Source: Fidelibacterota bacterium
GTDB taxonomy: Bacteria; Fidelibacterota; UBA2242; JAFGTP01
NCBI GenBank assembly: GCA_016934035.1
Contig: JAFGTP010000011.1
Location: 60,486-124,485, forward strand
Length of the DNA stretch: 64,000 nucleotides
Direction: 5' to 3'
In this document: piece by piece, positions 19,355 to 29,214 of the stretch
Layout: each line of letters starts with the position of its first letter
Numbering within the stretch: the stretch's first letter is position 1
The notes under the pieces: generated by a model
The model's database searches: none
The model's input: only the letters and a program-made list of their open reading frames with translations
What the model was told of the DNA's origin: nothing
Program-made: the position numbers and the translations under genes

Positions 19355-22300
19355 ATGAAAAAGTGGGGAAATTTAATTTTTATTGGTGTTGCTATTCTGA
19401 ATTTCGCTTTCAGTAAAGAACAACCATTACATCTCATACCCCTGGATTTTAATCGGGCGATCCATTGTATTTATCAAGATTCAAACTATTATCTCTGGTT
19501 TGGTACAGATGATGGACTCTATCGGTATAACGGAAAAGATTATGTCGCCTACAAAATTGATCCTTATCAAAAGAATAGTATATCCGATGATAATATCACT
19601 GCCCTTTATGAAAATGGAAGTCGGGACCTGTTGATTGGGACAAAATTTGGCGGAATCAATAAATTTAATAGCAGTACGGAAAATTTTTTATCTTTTCAAA
19701 ATGACCTCATGTCCAGGGTTTCCATTCATGCAATATGTAATTTTCAGAATGAAATATTATTTGGGATTGATTCTGGATTATTCAGGCTGAAAAGTGAGAA
19801 TAGTGAATTGTCATACCAGGCTGTCCTTACCGGTTACACAATTACTGACATTTTATCTGTAGATGATCATTGTTTGATGGTTGCAACGGAAAATAACGGT
19901 TTTTTTCATTATGATAATTTTGAAAAGGAGGGTAGTGAAAAGGACCATTTTCTCAGTAATGTGGGAGTCAATTTTTTATTAAAGGTAAATAAAAATATTA
20001 TATTGATATCAACCAGGCAGGGGCTGTATTATTACAATTTGTCCGCAAAATCTCTTAAATCCATCGAGCACAAGGGAATAGTAAATTTATCCAGTGTTGA
20101 TAAAAATGCCATTACAATGGACCACCTCGGCAATATCTGGATAGGATTGGGGTATGAATTGCATCTGATTAGCACTTCTGACGACTTTAATTCCATTGAT
20201 ATTCAGTCCTTTGAACTGGATGTAGATAACCAGTTTTCAAAGGGAATTAATGCCTTGTATTTTGATCATAGCGGTGTCCTGTGGATCAACCTGAAAGGGA
20301 AAGGTTTATATAAATATTTCCCGTTACAAAAATTTTTGCATTTCAATATTGAAGAAGGATTGATGAGCAATATGATCTTTTCCGTCATTGAAAACAATTC
20401 CCATTCAATCCTGCTGGGCACCCATCATGGTTTATTTGTTTATGACCTGGAAGACCACCTTGTCGAAAGGATACCTGGAACGGAAGAACTGAATTTTCAG
20501 GTCATCACCGCTTTGTATAAAGATAGTTATCAAAACCTCTGGTGTGGCACGAATAATGGCCTCTACAAGTTTGGATCTTCCGGCGATCTTGTCCATTATA
20601 AACATTCCTCAAAGGAACTGAGCAGTATCAGTTCTGATTTTGTCTCCTCCATTGTTGGTGATCCGCTCAATGTTGGCGACCTTTGGATCGGTACTTCCGA
20701 CGGACTCAACCGCTATCGAAAAGAATATGACAATTTCATTCATTATTTTCATGACCAAAAGGATGAACATTCTATTGCCGGAAATAATATTTCCCATTTG
20801 TATTTTTCCCAAAAAAAGGACCTCTGGATCGGAACAGAGAATGAGGGACTGTCTAGATTAAATTGGGCAGAAATGAACAAATTTGACCCAAAATTTGTCA
20901 ATTATGGCGATGATATTACTCAAAAAGAAAGTATCAGCGATACCAAGATCACCTATATTTCCGAAAGCAATGACAGAATATGGATTGGAACTGAGAACGG
21001 CGGTTTGAATTCAATCGATACCCTAAACAACTTCAATCATTATCTTGAAACAAAGGGGCTTTTGGATAACCATATTTTGTCGATTTTATCCACTCAGGAT
21101 GATTTCCTCTGGATTGCAACACGGGACGGAATATCCAAATTCGATACTCGAAACCGTGTGTTTAAAAATTATTATTTCAAAGATGGTATAAAGAAGGGTG
21201 AATTTATTAATAAATCAGCCTGCATCACAAAAAATGGTAAAATTATTTTAGGTTCCAAAGCCGGCTTTACTTTTTTTCATCCGTCTCAGATTGTCAGCAA
21301 TATCAATCCGGCAGTTCCGCAGGTTGCCGGTGTTTATCTTTTTAACCAAAAAATAAAAAATGAAGATTTTAAAGGCCAGGGTGAAATTATCAAATTAAAA
21401 TATAACCAAAATGTTATCTCTTTTGAAATTTGTGCGCTTCACTATGTTTCTCCTCTTGAAAATATTATCGACTATTATCTCGAAGGTGTTGATGAGAGTT
21501 GGGGCAGATGTCGGAATTTTGAATACCTGACATATTCAAATTTAAAACCCGGTCAATATACTTTTCACATAAAAGTGGCTAATAATGACAATATCTGGAA
21601 TGAAAATGAAAAGAGCCTGAAAATTACGATAACTGCTCCGTTCTGGAGGACTTTTTGGTTTCAGTTTATTGTAATCTCTCTAATTGCAGGCCTGGCCTTT
21701 CTGTTCATCAAGCAACGTTTGAATGAGATTGAAAAGAAAAAATTTCATCTGGAAAAACAAATTGGGGATAAAATCAAAATCAATGAAGAACTTAATAAAG
21801 CCCTGGCAGAAGTAGAACAGTTGAAAATTAAACTTGAAAATGAAAACACTTATCTGAAAAAAGAAATTGAGGTCAGCGGCAATTCAAATTATAAAGAAAT
21901 CGTGACCAATAGTAAAAAGATGAATCATATTCTCGCCCAGGTGGATATCGCATCCGGTGCAGACCCGACTATTTTGATATTAGGCGAGTCAGGAACAGGA
22001 AAAGATCTCCTCGCTCATGCCATTCACAAAAGCAGTAATCGAAGCAAAGAGCCTTTTATCAAAGTTGATTGTGCCGCATTGCCCCCCAACCTTATTGAAT
22101 CAGAACTTTTCGGCCACGAAAAAGGTGCATTTACTTCAGCAAATATGCGTAAAATCGGGCGTTTTGAATTAGCCAACGGCGGGACAATTTTTCTGGATGA
22201 GATTGGAGAACTTCCGATCAAGGTGCAACAGAAATTATTGCGGGTCCTTCAAAGCGGAGAATTTGAACGACTCGGAAATTCTGTGACACTGAGAACCAAT

Positions 22301-22825
22301 ACACGCATCATTGCCGCAACAAACCGCAATCTTGAAGATGAAGTGAAAAAGGGACAATTTAGAGAGGACCTCTATTACAGGCTCAATGTCTTTCCGATCA
22401 ATATTCCGCCTTTGCGGGAAAGGATGGAAGATGTGCCCCTGCTCGTTCAGCATTTTATTGATAAATATGCTGGGAAATTCAATAAAACCATTACCAAAAT
22501 TCCGCAGAAAACCATCACTGCGCTGATGTCCTATTCCTGGCCCGGCAATATTCGTGAATTGGAAAATATCGTACAGCGGGCTATCATTATTAGCCGAGAC
22601 GACATACTGGAACTGGGTGATTGGTTTAAATCCAATCAACCCAATCGTGAAAACGATGATGAAAATATATTTATTTCTCTGGAAGAGATCCAAAAGCGCC
22701 ATATTGAAAGAATATTGGAATTTACCAATGGAAAAGTCAGCGGGGAAAACGGGGCTGCGGAAATTTTAAAAATTAACCCGAAAACTCTATTTAGCAGGAT
22801 GAAAAAATTAAATATAAATAACTAA
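19355..22825 (+). CDS. Membrane-anchored beta-propeller/Y_Y_Y sensor fused to sigma54 enhancer-binding AAA+ and HTH domains
   Basis: Repeated LWIGT..GL blades, YSNLKPGQYTFHIKVANND, TM after PFWRTFWF, coiled coil, GESGTGKD, ESELFGHEKGAFTSA, FLDEIGE, WPGNIREL, GAAEILKINPKTL. Confidence 0.92.
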   Translation: MKKWGNLIFIGVAILNFAFSKEQPLHLIPLDFNRAIHCIYQDSNYYLWFGTDDGLYRYNGKDYVAYKIDPYQKNSISDDNITALYENGSRDLLIGTKFGGINKFNSSTENFLSFQNDLMSRVSIHAICNFQNEILFGIDSGLFRLKSENSELSYQAVLTGYTITDILSVDDHCLMVATENNGFFHYDNFEKEGSEKDHFLSNVGVNFLLKVNKNIILISTRQGLYYYNLSAKSLKSIEHKGIVNLSSVDKNAITMDHLGNIWIGLGYELHLISTSDDFNSIDIQSFELDVDNQFSKGINALYFDHSGVLWINLKGKGLYKYFPLQKFLHFNIEEGLMSNMIFSVIENNSHSILLGTHHGLFVYDLEDHLVERIPGTEELNFQVITALYKDSYQNLWCGTNNGLYKFGSSGDLVHYKHSSKELSSISSDFVSSIVGDPLNVGDLWIGTSDGLNRYRKEYDNFIHYFHDQKDEHSIAGNNISHLYFSQKKDLWIGTENEGLSRLNWAEMNKFDPKFVNYGDDITQKESISDTKITYISESNDRIWIGTENGGLNSIDTLNNFNHYLETKGLLDNHILSILSTQDDFLWIATRDGISKFDTRNRVFKNYYFKDGIKKGEFINKSACITKNGKIILGSKAGFTFFHPSQIVSNINPAVPQVAGVYLFNQKIKNEDFKGQGEIIKLKYNQNVISFEICALHYVSPLENIIDYYLEGVDESWGRCRNFEYLTYSNLKPGQYTFHIKVANNDNIWNENEKSLKITITAPFWRTFWFQFIVISLIAGLAFLFIKQRLNEIEKKKFHLEKQIGDKIKINEELNKALAEVEQLKIKLENENTYLKKEIEVSGNSNYKEIVTNSKKMNHILAQVDIASGADPTILILGESGTGKDLLAHAIHKSSNRSKEPFIKVDCAALPPNLIESELFGHEKGAFTSANMRKIGRFELANGGTIFLDEIGELPIKVQQKLLRVLQSGEFERLGNSVTLRTNTRIIAATNRNLEDEVKKGQFREDLYYRLNVFPINIPPLRERMEDVPLLVQHFIDKYAGKFNKTITKIPQKTITALMSYSWPGNIRELENIVQRAIIISRDDILELGDWFKSNQPNRENDDENIFISLEEIQKRHIERILEFTNGKVSGENGAAEILKINPKTLFSRMKKLNINN

Positions 22826-22842
22826 CTATTTAAAAATCAGGA

Positions 22843-23622
22843 TTGGGTATGGTATCTGCAAAAAAAATTATCCGCATAATGGATAAATACAAGCTGGAGA
22901 AATTGTTGCTGTCACCACAGCATCACAATATTGAAAATGGGTCCTATGACTGGTTACTGGGCCTTTTCCCTGATATGGATCCACTGAAGATGAAATTAAA
23001 AATTGATTCCATATTTAAAAGTCAGAAAGTCAATTCAAATTTTGATATGAAAAACCAGGAGTTCATCAATGCTTGTTGTCTTGAAAATAACAGGCTTAAA
23101 TTAATCTATACAATTGATATTGGTAATGATGATATTATAAGAAAATTACAATCAGAATTTGGAAAATCGCCATTTTCTGCCTTGAAAATAAATAATTTGT
23201 TTTCTTCTCTGGACCGGAATAATCAAAATCTTTTCAGGGTAATTAATTTCTGTCGCATCAATGAAATGCCGCTACTGCTCTATGCCTATAAAAAAGCTGA
23301 CTGTGAAATTATCCGCAATCTTGCGGCTGAAAACCAATCCAACACCTTTATGATAGCCAGCATGAGCGGATTGGAATTTTTTGAACTTTATCGGGATTTG
23401 CCCGTGAACCTATTCTGTGAAATAAATAATTTAAACCTTGTTTCTGATTACAGGTTACTAAAAGCCCTGAATATATTTGGTCCCGGTCATTTGGTCTTTA
23501 GTTTTGAGGCCATCAATGAAGATAATCTCAGACACTCTATCATCAGAATCTGCAATCTGGCTGTTCCGGAAACTGTAAAAAGAAGAATTCTGGCGTTGAA
23601 TATTGAGACCTTGTTGAATTAA
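22843..23622 (+). CDS. Amidohydrolase_2-fold protein lacking the metal-binding residues
   Basis: Overall pattern (IIRIMDKYKLEKLLL, FGPGHLVFS, KRRILALNIETLL) resembles amidohydrolase_2, but the His/Asp motifs are absent. Confidence 0.55.
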   Translation: MGMVSAKKIIRIMDKYKLEKLLLSPQHHNIENGSYDWLLGLFPDMDPLKMKLKIDSIFKSQKVNSNFDMKNQEFINACCLENNRLKLIYTIDIGNDDIIRKLQSEFGKSPFSALKINNLFSSLDRNNQNLFRVINFCRINEMPLLLYAYKKADCEIIRNLAAENQSNTFMIASMSGLEFFELYRDLPVNLFCEINNLNLVSDYRLLKALNIFGPGHLVFSFEAINEDNLRHSIIRICNLAVPETVKRRILALNIETLLN

Positions 23623-23657
23623 TATTTCTGAAATATCAGAAATATCTATAATATCCT
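23622..23657. repeat. 9-bp tandem array, candidate enhancer (UAS) 1
   Basis: ATATTTCTG AAATATCAG AAATATCTA TAATATCCT. Confidence 0.65.
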
Positions 23658-23778
23658 AAAACAGTAACAATAATTTCCTGTAAATACTTTAAGAAATTAG
23701 TAATTTTTTTTAATTCCTTAAAAAAAATACGTCGGAAAATGAATTTCTCTTAGGGTTTTGAGGTCAAACAGAAATTTT

Positions 23779-23793
23779 TGGCATTTGAATTGT
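23779..23793 (+). promoter_or_regulatory. Sigma54-type -24/-12 promoter (small-RNA unit A)
   Basis: TGGCATTTGAATTGT versus consensus TGGCAC-N5-TTGC, exact spacing. Confidence 0.7.
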
Positions 23794-23804
23794 TAATAAC
23801 TCTA

Positions 23805-23865
23805 TCACGTACCATACTAATCCACAGAAAAAGGAAGATGCACCCCGCACTTCCTTTTTCTTTTT
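23805..23865 (+). ncRNA. Putative ~60-nt sigma54-dependent small RNA A
   Basis: GTACCATACTAATCC (23809-23823), then AGAAAAAGGAAG/CTTCCTTTTTCT hairpin and T-run; paralog at 28872. Confidence 0.55.
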
Positions 23866-24320
23866 ACTGTGAATAAAAATCCAAAAACTAACCTAAATAA
23901 AAAATATTTTGAAAAAAACTGGATTAAATCGGACTACCCTGAGGGCTTTGAGTGTTGATTGTTCGGCTTTTTGGATTGTAAATGAACATTTTCGTTGTGA
24001 TTAGTTGCGGATAGCGAAAAGGCCCTAATACCAGGAATATTCAATAGAAATGCATCAGTAGATAAAATAATTTCAGACTACGTAACCGAATTTTCTTCAT
24101 TTTGTATTACCATAACTTTTAAGCCCTCGATTATCTTTATACTCAAATCCGGGCTTTAACCCGATAACGGTTTATGGGTTAAAGCCCATTAAAAATGAAA
24201 TTCCATGTTACGAGTTATTCCTCGTGGCAATTCATACACACTTTTTCCAATATGTAATCCGGGATAATACATAGTTAAATAAAGCACCTTGTTCCAATCT
24301 TTTTTTGAAAAGGCAAACGA

Positions 24321-24356
24321 TTAAATCCGAAATTTCAGAAAAAACCTAAATATCAG
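24321..24356. repeat. 9-bp tandem array, candidate enhancer (UAS) 2
   Basis: TTAAATCCG AAATTTCAG AAAAAACCT AAATATCAG. Confidence 0.55.
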
Positions 24357-24469
24357 ATAGTTCACTGCCTTATTTAATTGTTTTAATTTGATTGAATATA
24401 TTAGTAATTAACTGATTAATAGTAAATTATCATTTTATTTTGGGACCTTGTTTTAGAATATTGATCTTT

Positions 24470-24484
24470 TGGTACTCAAATTGG
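24470..24484 (+). promoter_or_regulatory. Sigma54-type promoter of the susC-susD operon
   Basis: TGGTACTCAAATTGG, correct GG...TTG spacing, ~100 bp before ATG. Confidence 0.6.
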
Positions 24485-24507
24485 ATGAGTAGAAATCGGA
24501 TGATAAG

Positions 24508-24553
24508 GGATTAATGTAAGGGGACCCACCAATCACACCGTTTTACATTAATC
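24508..24553 (+). promoter_or_regulatory. 5' leader hairpin A
   Basis: GATTAATGTAA (24509-24519) pairs with TTACATTAATC (24543-24553). Confidence 0.6.
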
Positions 24554-24583
24554 ACAAGTAAATAAAACATAAAGGAGGAAGGT

Positions 24584-27484
24584 ATGGCGAAATACTTGAT
24601 TTCGTTATTTCTTGTCCTGGTTCTATTCTGTCCATTAATTGCCCAGGATAGAATTTCAGGAACAGTGATCGATGATGTCACAGATGAACCGCTTGTGGCA
24701 GCAAATGTATTGATAAAGGGAACATCTGTGGGCACAGCCACGGATGAAGAAGGTCGGTTCTTTTTAAATTACAGCAACAATGAGGGGTTTACGTTGCAGG
24801 TATTCTATATGGGATACAAAATGAAAGAAGTTGTCTTTGAGCCGGGATCTGGTCTGGCTAACATTTTAGTTAGAATGCAGGAAGATGTGTTTAAAGGACA
24901 GGAAGTTGTGGTCACAGGCATTGCTTCTCAAATATCACGGGAGATAGCACCAGTCTCTGTAGGTTCGGTTGATGCAACAAAACTGACGGATTTAAACGCC
25001 TACTCGGATATTGCCCAATTGCTCAACGGGAAAATTTCCGGTACTAAAATCACATCTTCCAGTGGAAATGTGGGCGGGGGATATCGCTTTGATATTCGTT
25101 CCGGTGGCGGTCTCAACGGAGATGGTCAGCCCGTTATCTATGTAGACGGCATTCGTATTGACAATTCAGAGATTGAAACCCGTTACAGCAAAGGGGGACA
25201 GGAAATCAGCATGATGGCTTCTCTTAATCCTTCAGAAATTGCAAATATTGAAATTCTGAAAGGTCCGGCTGCTGCAGCGACCTATGGAACGGACGGTTCT
25301 AATGGAGTTGTCCTCATTACAACCAAAAAGGGACAACTGGTCCAGGGCGGAAAAGGATATTCTATCAACTATAATTATAAATTTGGTACCAATTCCCAAT
25401 CCTATCAATACACCAAAGATGATGTTGTTTCCTACAAGGCCGCCAATTCTGTTTTCAAAGATGGTGATTTTGTGGGTCATGACCTCAGTATTTCCGGTGG
25501 TAATAAAGCAACAAAATACTTTTTTACCATGGGTATCCAGGATGAAGAAGGGATTATGGTTAACAATTTTCATAATCGTAAAAATATGCGTCTGAATGTT
25601 GACGCTGTGGCCAGTGAACAATTAAACCTGTCCGCAACCATTGCCATGAACCAGTCAGAACTGGCCCGTCCGGAAAATGATGATAATATTTATGGATGGG
25701 GTGGAAATACACTTTTAAGGCCCACACCCTGGGGTTGGCTGGACAGCATTGAAATTGCGGCGGCTGAAGAAAATATTGACATTAAAAAAATGTCCGGTAG
25801 TTTCAAGGCAACTTACAGGCCCTTCAAAAATTTTTCAATCAATGGATCCATTGGAGCGGAACATTCAAATATGAACCATTATTCCTATTACCCGCCATGG
25901 GGAGATTATCTCTATACCAATGGTTCTAAACAACTGACAGACCGATTCAATACACAGTTTACCTACACTTGGTATGCCGGATATAAATACAATATTCTGG
26001 AAGGCTTTACCGGAAACACCAAAGTTGGCGGCCAGTTATTCGATCAGGAACTGAGAAGAAATTATTTGGCCATTGATTCATTGTCATCAGATAAACTGAA
26101 AGATATTGGTTCTGCAAACGGTGAAGATTTTCTGGACGATTATGGTGAAAACTATGCGACCTTTCGAACTGCAGGGTTATTTTTGGATAATGCATTTAAT
26201 TTTCAGGATAAATTGTTTATAGGGGCCAGTATCCGGCAGGATTTTGCCAGTTCTTTATCGCCCAAAGCACCGAATATCATTTACCCCCAGGCTAATGTTG
26301 CAATCAGACTGGACCGGTTTGGATTGACACCCGGCCTGATTGATATGGCAAAAATCAGATTAGCCTACGGTGAAACAGGGCAGTTGCCGGGATCAACCCA
26401 GTCAACTCCATTGATATGGGCAGCTGAACAGTCGGGATATGGTGGTGGGCTAACGGTATCGGAAATTGGAAACAACAAACTGGAACCGGAAAGAATCAAG
26501 GAATTGGAAATCGGACTGGATTTGGGGCTTTTCAACCGCTACAAAATCGAAGCTTCTTATGCCAAAATGAACGCTGAAAATTCAATCGTGGGTAGAAATC
26601 TGGCGCCTTCAACCGGACTGGTGGTCACAGCTTTTCCTGATAATATCGGAAAAATTGAAGGACACTCCTTTGAGCTTGGCCTGGATGCAGTACTGGTCAA
26701 TGAAAAAAATGTTCGTCTTGAGATCAACCAGAGAAATTCATGGCAGAAAGATGAGATTACGATAATGCCGGAACCATCCTATACCAATGACATCCAGGTT
26801 CTGATGGAAGGTAAATCCAGATGGACGTTCTTTGATGAGAAAGTAGATTCCATCATGTATGATGAAAATGGAAAGTTTCTGGACTACCGTATATCCACAG
26901 ATAAGAAAGACCTGGGAGATGCCATACCCGATTATTTTGGTTCTTTGTCGATGAACCTTACCTTGTTCCGACATGTGAATATCTATGGATTATTGGATTG
27001 GCAGACTGGTGTCAAAGTCTATAATTTTACCAAGGTCTATCAAACTTTTTTTGGCAACAATGTGGCCTATAATGAAGCCACTGCCCTGGTGGATTCTCTT
27101 AATGCCATTGATGGGTATGATTATCATTCCGGAAAATACAAAAAAGCGGTTAAAGATTATGTGAAATACGATGCGGTTTTTTATGGTTCAAGGGCCGCTT
27201 TTATTGAAAATGGCGATTACCTGAAAATCAGAGAATTGAGCATCAGTTATGACGCCTCCCATTTACTGAAAAAATATCTGCCCAATGCAGGGATTGAAAG
27301 ACTGGCTTTTTCTTTTACAGCAAATAATCTCATTACATGGACGAAATATTCCGGTGCTGATCCCGAGGTCAATTCCACCGGCTCAACTGTAGATGGCGGT
27401 GAGACCTATGTTACCAGAAATGAAGATTTTTTGACAATGCAGCATCCTAAGAGGATTGCATTTTCAATACAATTGGGTTTATAG
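24584..27484 (+). CDS. SusC/RagA-family TonB-dependent transporter
   Basis: Signal peptide, CarboxypepD-like N-domain, plug LNPSEIANIEILKGPAAAATYGTDGSNGVVLITTK, DYLKIRELS, YSGADPEVN. Confidence 0.92.
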   Translation: MAKYLISLFLVLVLFCPLIAQDRISGTVIDDVTDEPLVAANVLIKGTSVGTATDEEGRFFLNYSNNEGFTLQVFYMGYKMKEVVFEPGSGLANILVRMQEDVFKGQEVVVTGIASQISREIAPVSVGSVDATKLTDLNAYSDIAQLLNGKISGTKITSSSGNVGGGYRFDIRSGGGLNGDGQPVIYVDGIRIDNSEIETRYSKGGQEISMMASLNPSEIANIEILKGPAAAATYGTDGSNGVVLITTKKGQLVQGGKGYSINYNYKFGTNSQSYQYTKDDVVSYKAANSVFKDGDFVGHDLSISGGNKATKYFFTMGIQDEEGIMVNNFHNRKNMRLNVDAVASEQLNLSATIAMNQSELARPENDDNIYGWGGNTLLRPTPWGWLDSIEIAAAEENIDIKKMSGSFKATYRPFKNFSINGSIGAEHSNMNHYSYYPPWGDYLYTNGSKQLTDRFNTQFTYTWYAGYKYNILEGFTGNTKVGGQLFDQELRRNYLAIDSLSSDKLKDIGSANGEDFLDDYGENYATFRTAGLFLDNAFNFQDKLFIGASIRQDFASSLSPKAPNIIYPQANVAIRLDRFGLTPGLIDMAKIRLAYGETGQLPGSTQSTPLIWAAEQSGYGGGLTVSEIGNNKLEPERIKELEIGLDLGLFNRYKIEASYAKMNAENSIVGRNLAPSTGLVVTAFPDNIGKIEGHSFELGLDAVLVNEKNVRLEINQRNSWQKDEITIMPEPSYTNDIQVLMEGKSRWTFFDEKVDSIMYDENGKFLDYRISTDKKDLGDAIPDYFGSLSMNLTLFRHVNIYGLLDWQTGVKVYNFTKVYQTFFGNNVAYNEATALVDSLNAIDGYDYHSGKYKKAVKDYVKYDAVFYGSRAAFIENGDYLKIRELSISYDASHLLKKYLPNAGIERLAFSFTANNLITWTKYSGADPEVNSTGSTVDGGETYVTRNEDFLTMQHPKRIAFSIQLGL

Positions 27485-27493
27485 GAGGTTTAT

Positions 27494-28741
27494 ATGAAAA
27501 ATATTAAAATAATTTTATTGCCGGTTTTACTCTTCTCAATAGTCATGGTGTCCTGTGAAGATTGGGTCCAGGATTTACCTCCCCGCGAGGATATTATTGA
27601 AGATGATGTTCTGGTAGATGAAGCCGATATCGATTTACTGGTTCTGGGTATCAAGACCAATTTTTCTTCAACTATTGAGCGGTCCTCGCTCTATTCGGAA
27701 ATATTGGGAGATGCTGTAATTAATGGTCGCTATGTTTGTCAGGATGCCACTTATGATGTCTGGCGCGAACTTGAAGAAGGTGATATTCAATTAAACAATG
27801 CGGCGGTTGACGGGCTTTCCACAAATATTGGAGAAATGTGGCACTGTGCCACCAATCTCGTCGATCGTATCACCAATCGAATGGGAGAAATCAGTGAAGA
27901 AAAGAAAAATTATGGGCTTTTCAACGGCCATCTGTTTGAAGGCATTGCTTATGAGATTTATGCCAATTATTATGGTCTGAATGAAGAAGAAGGCGGTGGA
28001 TGTATCAACTCCGGGCCTTTTACCAATTCAGGGCAGCTCTTTGATATGGCCCTGAATAAATATGAAGAGGCCCTCAATTTTACCAGTGATCCCTGGGAAA
28101 TCCGGGTGGTGAATTCACTGATGGCCAGGTGTTATTTATATAAAGGTGATTATTCCGGTTCCAGGATATGTGGAGCACTGGGTTTGACAGAAGGTGACCA
28201 GCCCTTTGAGGCGCTTTATGTTCAGTCCTCGGATAATTATTGGTGGCAGCAAGCCAGCATTGGACTTCGTGTCCAGGTCATTGTGGATAACAGGTTTGCT
28301 CAGTATATCGATGAGGATCCCAACGAAGCCAACCGCATTCCGCTTTATGAATTGCCTGACGAATTAAATGTGTCAGAAGATACTGCGGCGGTTTATTGGA
28401 CCCAGGGTAAGTATATTGAGGCAGATGCGCCTATCGCTTTTATCACCTGGCAGGAGACCTATCTGATCCTGGCTGAACTGGCTGCAATAAGAGGACAATC
28501 GGGCAATGCCCTTGATGCTGTCAATGCAGTTCGTGGCAGTCATGGAATTGATCCGGTGTCCGAAGTCAATCGTGATTTGATCATCACAGAGCGGGATAAA
28601 GAATTATTTACCACAGGTGCAAGGCTGATCGATCAGCGTCGTTTTGATCTATGGCATTTGCCCTCCGGTACATGGAAGTATCTCCCAATCACGGAAAGTG
28701 AACGAAATGCCAATGATAATTTGCCCAATGTCGGTGAATAA
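27494..28741 (+). CDS. SusD/RagB-family lipoprotein
   Basis: Lipobox MVSC, ETYLILAELA, VNAVR, ERDKELF..G.R..DQRR, LPITESE; directly after susC. Confidence 0.88.
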   Translation: MKNIKIILLPVLLFSIVMVSCEDWVQDLPPREDIIEDDVLVDEADIDLLVLGIKTNFSSTIERSSLYSEILGDAVINGRYVCQDATYDVWRELEEGDIQLNNAAVDGLSTNIGEMWHCATNLVDRITNRMGEISEEKKNYGLFNGHLFEGIAYEIYANYYGLNEEEGGGCINSGPFTNSGQLFDMALNKYEEALNFTSDPWEIRVVNSLMARCYLYKGDYSGSRICGALGLTEGDQPFEALYVQSSDNYWWQQASIGLRVQVIVDNRFAQYIDEDPNEANRIPLYELPDELNVSEDTAAVYWTQGKYIEADAPIAFITWQETYLILAELAAIRGQSGNALDAVNAVRGSHGIDPVSEVNRDLIITERDKELFTTGARLIDQRRFDLWHLPSGTWKYLPITESERNANDNLPNVGE

Positions 28742-28758
28742 CTAATGAAATTAACCAT

Positions 28759-28796
28759 AAAGTCCTCTTTGAATTGCAAAGGGGACTTTTACTTTT
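28759..28796 (+). terminator. Terminator of susC-susD
   Basis: AAAGTCCTCTTTG/CAAAGGGGACTTT stem plus T-rich tail. Confidence 0.8.
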
Positions 28797-28845
28797 CTTA
28801 ACGATATCACAATGCAGAACAGAAAAAACATCCGAATCATACTAT

Positions 28846-28860
28846 TGGCATTCATATTGT
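28846..28860 (+). promoter_or_regulatory. Sigma54-type promoter (small-RNA unit B)
   Basis: TGGCATTCATATTGT, same TGGCATT-N3-ATTGTTA pattern as 23779. Confidence 0.7.
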
Positions 28861-28871
28861 TATGCTAAAAG

Positions 28872-28934
28872 ATGTACCATACTAATCCTAGGAAAAGGAA
28901 AGTCTCTCTCAAATAAACTTTCCTTTTTCTTTTT
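28872..28934 (+). ncRNA. Putative ~60-nt sigma54-dependent small RNA B
   Basis: GTACCATACTAATCC (28874-28888), then GAAAAGGAAAGT/ACTTTCCTTTTT hairpin and T-run. Confidence 0.55.
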
Positions 28935-29214
28935 CCAGATAAAATTCCCGATATCAAATCAGTGCTATCCCCCGACAGAGTAAAAATGGCGACAGGAAAG
29001 GCTTTTTTTCAAACTGTTAAATCTGTCTTCAGAGTCTTATAAAAAAATGGTGTATGGAATGATGTTCGAATTTTTATTTAAAAATCTGATATTTACATTA
29101 ATTATTTAATGTATTTGTTGAATTTTTTTTAATAAAAATAGTTTAATATCAGAAAAGTATGATTTAGTTGAGGGTTTGATCGGTTTTTTTGAAGTATTTA
29201 AGAAATTCTGAAAA

